Shown piece by piece: positions 9,662 to 18,525 of a stretch of DNA of 64,000 bases; within the stretch, counting starts at the first letter, position 1, and each line of letters opens with the position of its first letter. A program made the translations under genes and the position numbers. Under the pieces are notes generated by a model. The model did not search any database. It was not told where the DNA came from and worked only from the letters and a program-made list of their open reading frames with translations. The DNA lies in sequence record SRR22947727_2831; one strand, written 5' to 3'.

Positions 9662-10972
9662 CTAGAAGCCCGCGGCCGTGAGAGCTTCGTCGTAGATGTG
9701 AAGCGCGGTCTCGATCTGCTCGGGCGTCACAATCAGCGGCGGAACCACGTGAATCCGGTTATCCACCACAAAGGGCAGAAGCTTCCTGGCCACCATTTCA
9801 CCCTTCAGGCGACCCATAGCGCCCGCATCGAGTGGGGACTTCGTGACGGGGTCCGCCACCAAGTCCAGGGCAAAGAAGCAACCAAGTCCTCGGACATCGC
9901 CGATGACGGGGTGCTGGGCCTGGAGGGCGAGAAGGCCCGGACGCAGATGATCCTCACCCATTGCTTTCGCGTTCTCGACCATTCCCTCGTCGGCCATTGC
10001 TTGGAGGGCTGCATTGATGGACGCCATTGCGAGAGGGTGACCGGAGTAGGTGAGGCCTCCCGGGAACATGGTGTCCTCAAAGAAGTCAGAGATGCGCTGG
10101 TGGAATATCACGCCACCGACTGGCACATAACCGGAGTTCACACCTTTGGCGAAGCTGATGAGATCCGGCACCACATCGTGAGCGTGGAAAGCAAACCAGT
10201 GACCGGTCCGACCAAACCCCGCCATGACCTCATCGAGAATCATGACCAAGCCATAGCGATCACACAGCTCGCGGACACCCTGGAGGTATCCAGGGGGCGG
10301 GACCATGATGCCGGCCGTTCCCGGCACACTCTCGAGCAGGATTGCGGCAATGGTGTCGGGACCCTCTGATTGGATCACCCGCTCGAGGTGATGCAGGGCC
10401 CGCTCACCCTCCTGCGCCTGGGACTCCGACCAGAACTCGCTGCGGTAAGCGAAAGGTCCAAAGAAGTGGACGTGGTGGGTGGAGTACTCGTTGGGTTGGC
10501 GACGCCAGTCACCGGTTGCCACAATCGCTGCCCCGGTGTTCCCGTGGTAGCTGCGATAGGTGGAGAGCACCTTGTTCTTTTTGGTGAATAACCGGGCAGC
10601 CCGAATCGCGTTCTCAATCGCATCAGCGCCACCGTTGGTGAAGAACACTTTCTGGAAATCTTTTCCGGCGAGCTCCACAATGCGCGTGGCAGCTTCAACG
10701 CGCGGCTCGGAGGAATAGGCAGGTCCGACGGTGGCAAGTGTCTCCGCCTGCTCTTGAATAGCCTTCACCACAGCGGGATGCGAGTGACCAATATTGGTGT
10801 TGACCAACTGGCTGGAGAAATCGAGATACTCGGTGCCCTCGGTGTCATAGACATACATACCCTTGGCGTGCGAGACCATCATCGGAGCGAGAGTCCCCTG
10901 CACGGACCACGAGTAGAAATTGTGGGCCTTATCGAGCTTCTTCAGCTCGGCGGTGTCCTTCGATGCAGCCAC
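9662..10972 (-). CDS. Class III PLP-dependent (omega-amino acid) aminotransferase
   Basis: YLDFSSQL, FFTNGGADA, SYHG, LDEVMAGFGRTG, PDLISFAKG (PLP lysine) and GLTYSGHP motifs. Confidence 0.9.
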   Translation of the reverse strand: MAASKDTAELKKLDKAHNFYSWSVQGTLAPMMVSHAKGMYVYDTEGTEYLDFSSQLVNTNIGHSHPAVVKAIQEQAETLATVGPAYSSEPRVEAATRIVELAGKDFQKVFFTNGGADAIENAIRAARLFTKKNKVLSTYRSYHGNTGAAIVATGDWRRQPNEYSTHHVHFFGPFAYRSEFWSESQAQEGERALHHLERVIQSEGPDTIAAILLESVPGTAGIMVPPPGYLQGVRELCDRYGLVMILDEVMAGFGRTGHWFAFHAHDVVPDLISFAKGVNSGYVPVGGVIFHQRISDFFEDTMFPGGLTYSGHPLAMASINAALQAMADEGMVENAKAMGEDHLRPGLLALQAQHPVIGDVRGLGCFFALDLVADPVTKSPLDAGAMGRLKGEMVARKLLPFVVDNRIHVVPPLIVTPEQIETALHIYDEALTAAGF

Positions 10973-11007
10973 CAGTTCTCCTTCACTCCATGAGCAGTGA
11001 GAACAGA

Positions 11008-11499
11008 CTAAGGCAACTCTGTCTTCGCCAGATAGTCAGCCACGGCGGGGGGAACATACGGGGAGACATCCCCCCCGAGCGCTGCCACCTGGCGCACCAG
11101 AGAGCTCGACACGTGAGCGTTCGCGGGGTGAGGAAGAAGAAAGACCGTCTCGACTCCGGCGAGGTTTCGGTTCACAATCGCCATTGGCTGTTCGTAGGCA
11201 ACATCCACTTGGGATCTAATGCCTTTCACCAAAACACTCGCCCCCACATCGGTGCAGTAATCCACCAGCAATCCCACGCTCCACGATGTGACGACCAGTT
11301 TTCCTTTGAGCCCCGCCTGCGCAATGGCCTGCTCCAGCAGTGTCACCCGCTGGGCGATCGGAAACATGGCCTCTTTGCCGGGGTTGTGAACAACGACCAC
11401 GTGGACTTCATCAAACAGGCCAGCAGCACGCTCAATGACGTCCAAGTGACCCAGCGTCACCGGGTCAAAAGACCCGGGAACCACAGCAACAGTGCTCAT
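11008..11499 (-). CDS. coaD: Phosphopantetheine adenylyltransferase
   Basis: [17 protein letters not shown] and VSSSLVR motifs. Confidence 0.97.
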   Translation of the reverse strand: MSTVAVVPGSFDPVTLGHLDVIERAAGLFDEVHVVVVHNPGKEAMFPIAQRVTLLEQAIAQAGLKGKLVVTSWSVGLLVDYCTDVGASVLVKGIRSQVDVAYEQPMAIVNRNLAGVETVFLLPHPANAHVSSSLVRQVAALGGDVSPYVPPAVADYLAKTELP

Positions 11500-11552
11500 G
11501 GAATAAGCCTAGCGAGGTCCATGTTTCAGGGATATGACATCGAGAGCATTGT

Positions 11553-13718
11553 CTAGTTCTTTTCCAGATAATCCTCGGAGCTCTCATCCAAGCGCGCCTG
11601 GATCGTGGACAACAGCTGGGGATGACCCGACAGGTCGGGGTCCGAGGCGAGAATCGCCTCGGCATACTCCCTCGCCCGATCAATCAGCTCACCATCACTG
11701 GTGACCCGGACCAGCCTCAGGCTGGAGCGTCGACCGGATTGGCTAGCCCCCAACACATCGCCCTCACGGCGAAGCTCAAGATCCTTGGCCGCTAACTCAA
11801 AACCATCCAGCGTGCTCGCAACAGCCTCCACCCGCGCCCGGGCAGTGCTGCCTTCCTCGGCGTGGGTGACCAGTAAGCAGGTCCCTTTGTGTCCGCCTCG
11901 ACCCACGCGACCGCGCAACTGGTGGAGCTGGCTCACCCCAAAACGATCAGCATCGAGAATCACCATGATGGACGCGTTCGGAACATCGATTCCCACCTCA
12001 ATGACTGTTGTGGCCACAAGAACATCGATGTTTCCCGCAGCAAACGCCTGCATGACCTCGTCCTTCTCGGCAGTGGGCATCCGGCCGTGAATGGCCTCCA
12101 CTCGAAGGGACGAAAAGGCGGGGAGGGCTCTAATCATCGGCAGTGTTTCTTCCACACTGGCCCTTGGCACAGAAGGAGTGCCATCTGTCTCCTGGTCGCC
12201 TGGCTCCCCGTCACCAAGCTCGCCTTCCTCCTGAACACTGGCGGAGATGGCCGAGGTGACCACGAACGCTTGTCGCCCGGTTTCCACCTCTTCGGCGACC
12301 CGAGACCAGACCCTGGGATACCAGGTGGGGTGATCAGCCAGCGCGACCACGTGAGACTCAATCGGTGAGCGACCCTGGGGCAACACGGCAATGGTGGAGA
12401 CATCGAGATCGCCAAAGACTGTCATCGCCACTGTCCGAGGAATCGGGGTGGCGGTGAGGACGAGAACGTGAGGATGTGAGCCCTTGTGGCGAAGGGCATC
12501 GCGCTGATCCACCCCAAATCGGTGTTGCTCATCAATGACGACCAGTCCCAGGTCCGCAAATTGCACGTTCTCACCTAGAAGCGCGTGTGTTCCGACCACC
12601 AACTGGGATGCCCCCGATGCGGCCGCGAGTAGAGCTTTTTTGCGCTCTGCGGCACCCAGTGCACCCGTGAGCAGGAAGGGATTCAGGGAGGCCGCCATGT
12701 CGGGACCGAGCGTTTGAATCAGCGAGCGAAAGTGTTGGTTCGCCAGCACTTCTGTTGGGGCCAGCAGGGCGGTTTGACCGCCGGTCCCCGCCACCGTCAC
12801 CATCGCGGTGGCGGCCACCACCGTTTTTCCCGAACCCACTTCACCCTGGACTAACCGGTTCATCGGGTGACCACTGGCCATATCGTCGTGGATGTCCTCC
12901 ACGACCGTCAGTTGATCCTCGGTCAGGGTGAAGGGAAGACCCTTGAGGAACGTATTGGTCATCTCGCCCGGTGTCCGAGGGGTGCTCTGGACTAACTGAT
13001 TGCGTCGTCTCCTCCGCACCAGAGCGGTCTGGAGAATGAGTGCCTCATGAAAGCGCAGGGTCTCCCGTGCCGCTTTCCACTCGGAGTCTTCAGCAGGTCG
13101 GTGAATCTTCTGGAGTGCGTCTCGAAAACCCAGGAGCCCTTCACTCGCTCGTATGTCATCCGGAAGCGGGTCTGCCACCTCATCCAGCACATCCAGCACA
13201 ATCTCGAGGGATTTTGCAATTTGCCAGCTCGCCACGGTGGAGGTGGCCGGATAGAGAGGAATGGGGCGTTTCGCCCATTCCTCACTGTTCTGCGCCAGGG
13301 CATCCTCATCGCTGAAGAGTTCGTAGTCCGGGTGGGCGAGCTGACGCTCTCCGCGATAGGCACCAACCTTCCCCGCGAACATGCCCCGGGAACCAGGGAC
13401 CAGGTCTTTTTGGCGCCAGGCTTGGTTGAAAAATGTCAGGGTGACCAATCCGGTGCCATCGGAAATGACCACCTCCAGGACGGAGCCGCGCTTTTGACGC
13501 ATGGGGCGCTGTTTAGCGGACACCACCTCGGCGACCAGAGTGACCTGCTCCCCCACAGGGACGCCCGCAATAGAGGTGAGCTCACCCCGGCTCGCATAGC
13601 GCCTGGGATAGTGCTGCAGAAGATCTCCGACCGTGGCATAGCCAAATGCTTTGGACAGAGCCTTCTGGGTGCGATCCCCCAGGATCCCCTGCAGTTTGGT
13701 CTCTAACCCCACGCTCAC
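11553..13718 (-). CDS. recG: ATP-dependent DNA helicase RecG
   Basis: Wedge domain, QGEVGSGKT, DEQHRFGV, TATPIPRT and QLRGRVGRG motifs. Confidence 0.97.
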   Translation of the reverse strand: MSVGLETKLQGILGDRTQKALSKAFGYATVGDLLQHYPRRYASRGELTSIAGVPVGEQVTLVAEVVSAKQRPMRQKRGSVLEVVISDGTGLVTLTFFNQAWRQKDLVPGSRGMFAGKVGAYRGERQLAHPDYELFSDEDALAQNSEEWAKRPIPLYPATSTVASWQIAKSLEIVLDVLDEVADPLPDDIRASEGLLGFRDALQKIHRPAEDSEWKAARETLRFHEALILQTALVRRRRRNQLVQSTPRTPGEMTNTFLKGLPFTLTEDQLTVVEDIHDDMASGHPMNRLVQGEVGSGKTVVAATAMVTVAGTGGQTALLAPTEVLANQHFRSLIQTLGPDMAASLNPFLLTGALGAAERKKALLAAASGASQLVVGTHALLGENVQFADLGLVVIDEQHRFGVDQRDALRHKGSHPHVLVLTATPIPRTVAMTVFGDLDVSTIAVLPQGRSPIESHVVALADHPTWYPRVWSRVAEEVETGRQAFVVTSAISASVQEEGELGDGEPGDQETDGTPSVPRASVEETLPMIRALPAFSSLRVEAIHGRMPTAEKDEVMQAFAAGNIDVLVATTVIEVGIDVPNASIMVILDADRFGVSQLHQLRGRVGRGGHKGTCLLVTHAEEGSTARARVEAVASTLDGFELAAKDLELRREGDVLGASQSGRRSSLRLVRVTSDGELIDRAREYAEAILASDPDLSGHPQLLSTIQARLDESSEDYLEKN

Positions 13719-13775
13719 ACTGCCACGCTATCGCCTGGAGGGTGAGGGGCCAGGAAAGCCCGCTAGCGTTGTGGA

Positions 13776-14360
13776 ATGACCAGAATCATCGCGGGGGCCG
13801 CAGGCTCTCTGCGACTGAAAGCCCCGGATAAGGTCTCAAGACCCACCTCCGACCGGGTGCGAGAGGCCATCTTCTCGAGGCTTGAGTCTCTGATGGACAT
13901 GGAGGGCGCCGCGGTGCTGGATTTGTTCGCCGGGACGGGGGCTCTCGGCCTGGAGGCAGCGTCCCGCGGGGCACGCTCGGTCTGGCTCGTCGAGAACCAT
14001 GCCGGAGCCGCGAGTGTGGTGAAAGCCAACATCCAGTCGGTGGCGAAGGCACTCACCCACGCTCCAACACTGCAGGCAAGCACTACCAGCGTTGCCAGTT
14101 TCTTGTCTGGCGGGGCACCCGGTGACATCTCGGTTGCCTTTCTGGACCCGCCCTATGACTACTCCTCGGCCACCCTCGATGATCACTTGGTTGCACTCAT
14201 GTCGTGGCTGGATGATGACGCGGTCGTCATCGTGGAGCGCTCCTCGAAGGGGACCCCACCCCAGTTCCCCGATGGTTACGAGGAGCTCACCCCCAAAACG
14301 TATGGGGACACCACCGTTTACTGGGCGAGGTTCCTAAAGGGATCCCAGCCGCCGCTCTGA
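13776..14360 (+). CDS. rsmD: 16S rRNA m2G966 methyltransferase RsmD
   Basis: MTRIIAG, RPTSDRVREAIF, LDLFAGTGALGLEA and DPPY motifs. Confidence 0.95.
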   Translation: MTRIIAGAAGSLRLKAPDKVSRPTSDRVREAIFSRLESLMDMEGAAVLDLFAGTGALGLEAASRGARSVWLVENHAGAASVVKANIQSVAKALTHAPTLQASTTSVASFLSGGAPGDISVAFLDPPYDYSSATLDDHLVALMSWLDDDAVVIVERSSKGTPPQFPDGYEELTPKTYGDTTVYWARFLKGSQPPL

Positions 14361-15286
14361 GCATCAAGCTCACGCTTCCCCAAAAACACTCCGGGGTCGC
14401 CTGCGGTGACCACACCTATTGCTCGGAACCCTTCGGGGAGTGTGGCGGCGGGTGGGAAGGTGGCCAACAAGCCGTGATCTTCACCGCCATAGAGGGCATG
14501 CTCATCCAGTCCCGCGCCCGAATCGAGCTCCACACGAACGCCACTGGCCTTCGCGATGCGGGAAGCATCCAGCACGAGGCCATCGGAGACGTCCATCATC
14601 GCGGTGGCACCGGCCCGGGCGGCCAGGGGACCCAGAGCTATCGGGGGTCTCGGTCGCAGATGATGCGCCACGGCGGGGTCGCTCATCACCAGCCCCGCAA
14701 CCGCCAGTTCGTCATCACCGGCGGCGAGAAGCGCCTGAAGGCCTCGATGGGAGAGGCCCACCTCGCCCGCCACACAAAGAACATCTCCCGGTGTTGCACC
14801 CGAGCGCACCACCGGCGCCAACCCCTGCATCGACCCCAAGACGGTCACCGCAATGGTGAACACCTCGGAGCGGGAGAGGTCTCCCCCAAAGACGCTTGCG
14901 CCGGGAGTGAGCGCAGCAATGCCCTCGGCAAACCCTTCCGCAAGTCCCATCAGCATGCGCAGTGGAGTGGAGGCTGGCACCGCCACCGCCAGTTCAAACC
15001 CGAGGACGACGCCGCCCATGGCGGCAATATCTGCGGCATTGCTGGCGATGGCTTTGAACCCGACATCGGAGGGACGAGACCAGTCAAAGCGGAAATCTGG
15101 GCCCTGCATCATCATGTCCGTGGAAATCAAGACCTGGGATTCAGGTAGCGACACCAGTGCCGAATCATCACCTGGACCAAGGAGGACTCCGTCCCCGGTG
15201 GGCAGTAACGGCAACACCCATCGAAGCGCGGCGTTCTCGCCAATCTCACCCACGGTGAGATCCAGGGGCGCCAGGGAATCACTCAT
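14318..15286 (-). CDS. thiL: Thiamine-phosphate kinase
   Basis: GPGDDSA, DIAAMGG, GGD, MMDVSDGL, GGEDHGLL and C-terminal GWDPF motifs. Confidence 0.95.
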   Translation of the reverse strand: MSDSLAPLDLTVGEIGENAALRWVLPLLPTGDGVLLGPGDDSALVSLPESQVLISTDMMMQGPDFRFDWSRPSDVGFKAIASNAADIAAMGGVVLGFELAVAVPASTPLRMLMGLAEGFAEGIAALTPGASVFGGDLSRSEVFTIAVTVLGSMQGLAPVVRSGATPGDVLCVAGEVGLSHRGLQALLAAGDDELAVAGLVMSDPAVAHHLRPRPPIALGPLAARAGATAMMDVSDGLVLDASRIAKASGVRVELDSGAGLDEHALYGGEDHGLLATFPPAATLPEGFRAIGVVTAGDPGVFLGKRELDAQSGGWDPFRNLAQ

Positions 15287-15308
15287 CCCTCCACGCTAGC
15301 CTTTCTGT

Positions 15309-15782
15309 GTGAGAGCGTCATCGATTGCGAGGGCTTGGCTGATTCTGGTGGGCGCCAGCATCCTCGGCGGGTGTGCTCCCACTGTCGCTTTGGAACCAGC
15401 GGTCAACGGGAACACTCCGGAGTGCGCCAACATGATGGTGCGCTTGCCCGACACTGTTGCCGAATTACCCAGACGAAACGTGAACGCTCAGTCCACTGCG
15501 GCATGGGGTGAACCGGTCGCCGTGATTGTGCGCTGCGGCCTTCCCACTCCACCACCCAGCACGCTCCCCTGCGCCACGGTCGAGGGAATTGACTGGCTCC
15601 GCGATGACTCCGATGCACCCAGCTTCGTCTTCACCACGTATGGACTTGATCCCGCCACAGAGGTCATCGTGGACTCTGCAGTGGTGTCAGGAACCTCCGT
15701 GTTGCGCGATATCGCTCGCGCTGTGGGAAGCCAATCGACGCCTATTGGTCAGTGTCTTGACCCCGCCAGCGTCCTTGATTAG
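15309..15782 (+). CDS. DUF3515-family lipoprotein
   Basis: Lipobox LGGC, AAWGEP...VRCG and conserved cysteines; usual position between ddl and thiL. Confidence 0.8.
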   Translation: MRASSIARAWLILVGASILGGCAPTVALEPAVNGNTPECANMMVRLPDTVAELPRRNVNAQSTAAWGEPVAVIVRCGLPTPPPSTLPCATVEGIDWLRDDSDAPSFVFTTYGLDPATEVIVDSAVVSGTSVLRDIARAVGSQSTPIGQCLDPASVLD

Positions 15783-15788
15783 CGGACG

Positions 15789-16934
15789 CTAACCTCTCGG
15801 TCCATCGAGACCGACAAGCTTTCCCGCGATGCCCCCGGCAGCCCGAAGGGCCACACCCTGGCCAAATCCACTGTGCGGAAGAACCACGGGGTGATCCTTA
15901 GCCTCGGTGAGAGCATCCTCGAGAACGCGGAGAGCAGGGTGCTTGGGAGCCCACAAATATAACGACAGGGCGCCAGGGATGGTGTTCACCTCGTTGACAA
16001 ACAGGTCTCCAGATTTTTCATCCCAGAGAAGATCGACCCGAACAATGCCGCTCAAACGGGTCACCTCTGCCACCTGGCTGGCAAGCTCTTGTGCTCTCTG
16101 GTGAATCGCCTCAGGGGCATTCGCCGGGAATTCACGAGGTGCATGGGTGAGACCCGCACCTCCTCCGGCCAAATACTTCTCCTGGTAGGAATACAAACCA
16201 GTCTTTTCTCCCTCGGAGCGAAGCGGGCGCTCCAGGTCGGTGAGCTCAAGCTCTGGGTAGGTCCGAAACGAAATATTGAGATCCACGAGCTCGGGGCGGT
16301 AGGGCTCGAGGACCGCACCGGCTTTGAGGTGTGGAGACGTGCTCAGGAGAGTCCGTGCCGTCTGAATATCGTCGACGATTTCAATACCAATGGAGGAGCC
16401 ACCAAACCGAGGCTTCACGATGTAGGGGCCGGAGAACGAGGGATCTTGGGAGGTGAGAACCGCTTCTCTGGGCAGCGACGAAACACCGGCTTGGGACATC
16501 AAGCCACCAAAGGCGAGCTTGTCCATTCCCACCGCACCTGCGAACACACTCGAGCCCGTGGCGGGAATCTCCAGGAAGTTAAACAGGGCAGCAGCACCGC
16601 CACCTTCCCCTAAACCTCCGTGGAAGCACAGCAGTGCAGCATCAATCTCCAGTGCCTTTTTGCCCATGCCTTTTTTGGCACAAATCCCCGGACTGGAGGA
16701 CAACACAATCTCGAGCTCTTTGGAGCCGGAGGGAGCGCCGGTCAGAAAATCTTTGGCCTCTGACTTCGAGGGAACCTGAAACCATGCACCATTGGGCGCG
16801 AGATAAATCGGCACGACATCGTGGCCGCCATCCACCAACACTCGCTCAGCTTGCAACCCGGTGAGGATGGAAATTTCGTGTTCGGGGCTCGGGCCTCCAA
16901 ACACTACGGCCCAGGTGCTCTGGCTCATCAACAT
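15789..16934 (-). CDS. ddl: D-alanine--D-alanine ligase family protein (atypical clade)
   Basis: FGGPSPEHEIS, HGGLGEGG, MDK, VKPRFGGSSIG, YSYQEKY, RVD and NEVNTIPG motifs. Start may be ATG 16928. Confidence 0.88.
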   Translation of the reverse strand: MLMSQSTWAVVFGGPSPEHEISILTGLQAERVLVDGGHDVVPIYLAPNGAWFQVPSKSEAKDFLTGAPSGSKELEIVLSSSPGICAKKGMGKKALEIDAALLCFHGGLGEGGGAAALFNFLEIPATGSSVFAGAVGMDKLAFGGLMSQAGVSSLPREAVLTSQDPSFSGPYIVKPRFGGSSIGIEIVDDIQTARTLLSTSPHLKAGAVLEPYRPELVDLNISFRTYPELELTDLERPLRSEGEKTGLYSYQEKYLAGGGAGLTHAPREFPANAPEAIHQRAQELASQVAEVTRLSGIVRVDLLWDEKSGDLFVNEVNTIPGALSLYLWAPKHPALRVLEDALTEAKDHPVVLPHSGFGQGVALRAAGGIAGKLVGLDGPRG

Positions 16935-16958
16935 CCTCGCCTGCTGGCAGTCCCCGGT

Positions 16959-18515
16959 TTAGGGGTAATGATCGGGTAGGTCGTTCTCATAGAGAATAAC
17001 GCCCTGCTCCCCCGCAATCTGGAGGGCATGGGTGACGGCCTCGCCTCGCGTGTCGAAGACATCGGCTTTGCCGCCGGCACCCTTCAGCATGGCTTTGCGA
17101 TTGGTGCGACCCACAATGACCAAGGTGCCACCGGCTTTCACCACCGACTGCGCGAGTTGGGAGTTGCGCTCACGTTGAACTGGGCCAAGCTCCACCATCC
17201 CGGGAGTCACCACGACCAGCGGTGATTTTCTCTCTTTCGCCAGACGCGCAGCGGACTCCACCGCGTGCTTCGCACCCAAGGGGTTCGAGTTGTAGGTGTC
17301 ATCGATAATGGCAACACCCTCCTCGTGAGTAGCCACTTCGGCGCGGTGAGCGGCCACGGGCAAGTGCGCGAGGCGCGAGAGCGCCTGATCGGCAGGAACC
17401 TCGAGCTGCCAGGCAATACCCAGTGCGACCGCCACATTGACCGCGTGGCCAAAGGGTGGCATATCCAGGGGCACTGGGGTTGCCCCTGGACCATACGTCA
17501 CGGTCCCTAAGTCAGGATCAACGATCACGTCGGCTTTCTTGCCCTGAGCACTCACCCGCACGACACGTTTACCTTGTCGCTCACACTTATCGGCCAGCGC
17601 TCGAAGTTCCTTCTGATCCACCGGCAACACCACGATGGGGGCCTTTTCGGTGATTTCTGCTTTGGCCCGGAAAATGGCTTCCTGGGAGCCCAAACGCTCC
17701 ATGTGAGCTTCACCAATGACGGTGATGGCGGCAATGTCGGGAGGGAACCAATTCGTGAGCTCACGAATCCGACCCTCTGCGTTCATCCCCATCTCTGCCA
17801 CAAAGACGCTGGTGCCAGCGACGAGGTGCTCGTTAATCGTGCGGGAAAGTCCCATCAGGTTGTTGAAGCTTGCCGGGGAAGCCATGGTGCTCTGAGCTCC
17901 CCCCACGATGTGGGCGACATAACCCTTGGTGGAGGTTTTGCCATAAGAACCCGTGATCGCCACCACGGTGGGCTTCACCTTCGCAAGACGCTTCTGGGCT
18001 TGGTGCACAAATTTCATCGACAGGTTGCGCTCGAGGTACCAGAGGAAACCGAGTGCGAGATCAGCCAGGTTGGCCGTGAAAAGAATGGGAATGAGCACCC
18101 CGGCAGGGCCCAAGAGGTAGACCGTGAGAGCTCCTACCAACACCTGGGCCAGAAGAATCCCCGTATACGCCCGCACCGCCCGTGGCGTCCACGCTAGAGG
18201 GCTGGTGACGCCACGAAAGGGGAGCTTCCACGGCGTCGGGAGGATGAACAGCGGGGCAGCCACGGCCGCCCAGGCAAGCGCGGGCATGTCAAGCCACGCG
18301 GTTCCTTGAACTGAGAGCAGGGCAAGAATCGCCGCGAGACCCCACCAGAGAGCTCCGAGGGGACGCCGGTCAAACCAGAGCCGCTCCACCCTGGCAACTT
18401 CCCGGGGTAAGTAGTGAACGCGCTGCGCCACGCGCAACCATTTGAGGTTCTGCAGAGCTGCCGTGATTACGCCAGTGGTGATGGCAGCAAGGAGGATGAG
18501 GGTCTCGGTGGCCAT
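16959..18515 (-). CDS. murF: Membrane-anchored MurF-like Mur ligase
   Basis: Several N-terminal hydrophobic helices, then ITGSYGKTSTK, SFNNLMG, AEMG, GEAH, DDTYNSNP, TPGMVELG and C-terminal ENDLPDHY. Start trimmed to ATG 18515. Confidence 0.85.
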   Translation of the reverse strand: MATETLILLAAITTGVITAALQNLKWLRVAQRVHYLPREVARVERLWFDRRPLGALWWGLAAILALLSVQGTAWLDMPALAWAAVAAPLFILPTPWKLPFRGVTSPLAWTPRAVRAYTGILLAQVLVGALTVYLLGPAGVLIPILFTANLADLALGFLWYLERNLSMKFVHQAQKRLAKVKPTVVAITGSYGKTSTKGYVAHIVGGAQSTMASPASFNNLMGLSRTINEHLVAGTSVFVAEMGMNAEGRIRELTNWFPPDIAAITVIGEAHMERLGSQEAIFRAKAEITEKAPIVVLPVDQKELRALADKCERQGKRVVRVSAQGKKADVIVDPDLGTVTYGPGATPVPLDMPPFGHAVNVAVALGIAWQLEVPADQALSRLAHLPVAAHRAEVATHEEGVAIIDDTYNSNPLGAKHAVESAARLAKERKSPLVVVTPGMVELGPVQRERNSQLAQSVVKAGGTLVIVGRTNRKAMLKGAGGKADVFDTRGEAVTHALQIAGEQGVILYENDLPDHYP

Positions 18516-18525
18516 CACAGTCCTT

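Noticed and set aside
11553-14360. rsmD inverted relative to recG-coaD as a recent rearrangement
   Set aside because: No flanking repeats or recombinase are present and both genes have tidy -10 boxes. This is likely an old lineage-level gene order.
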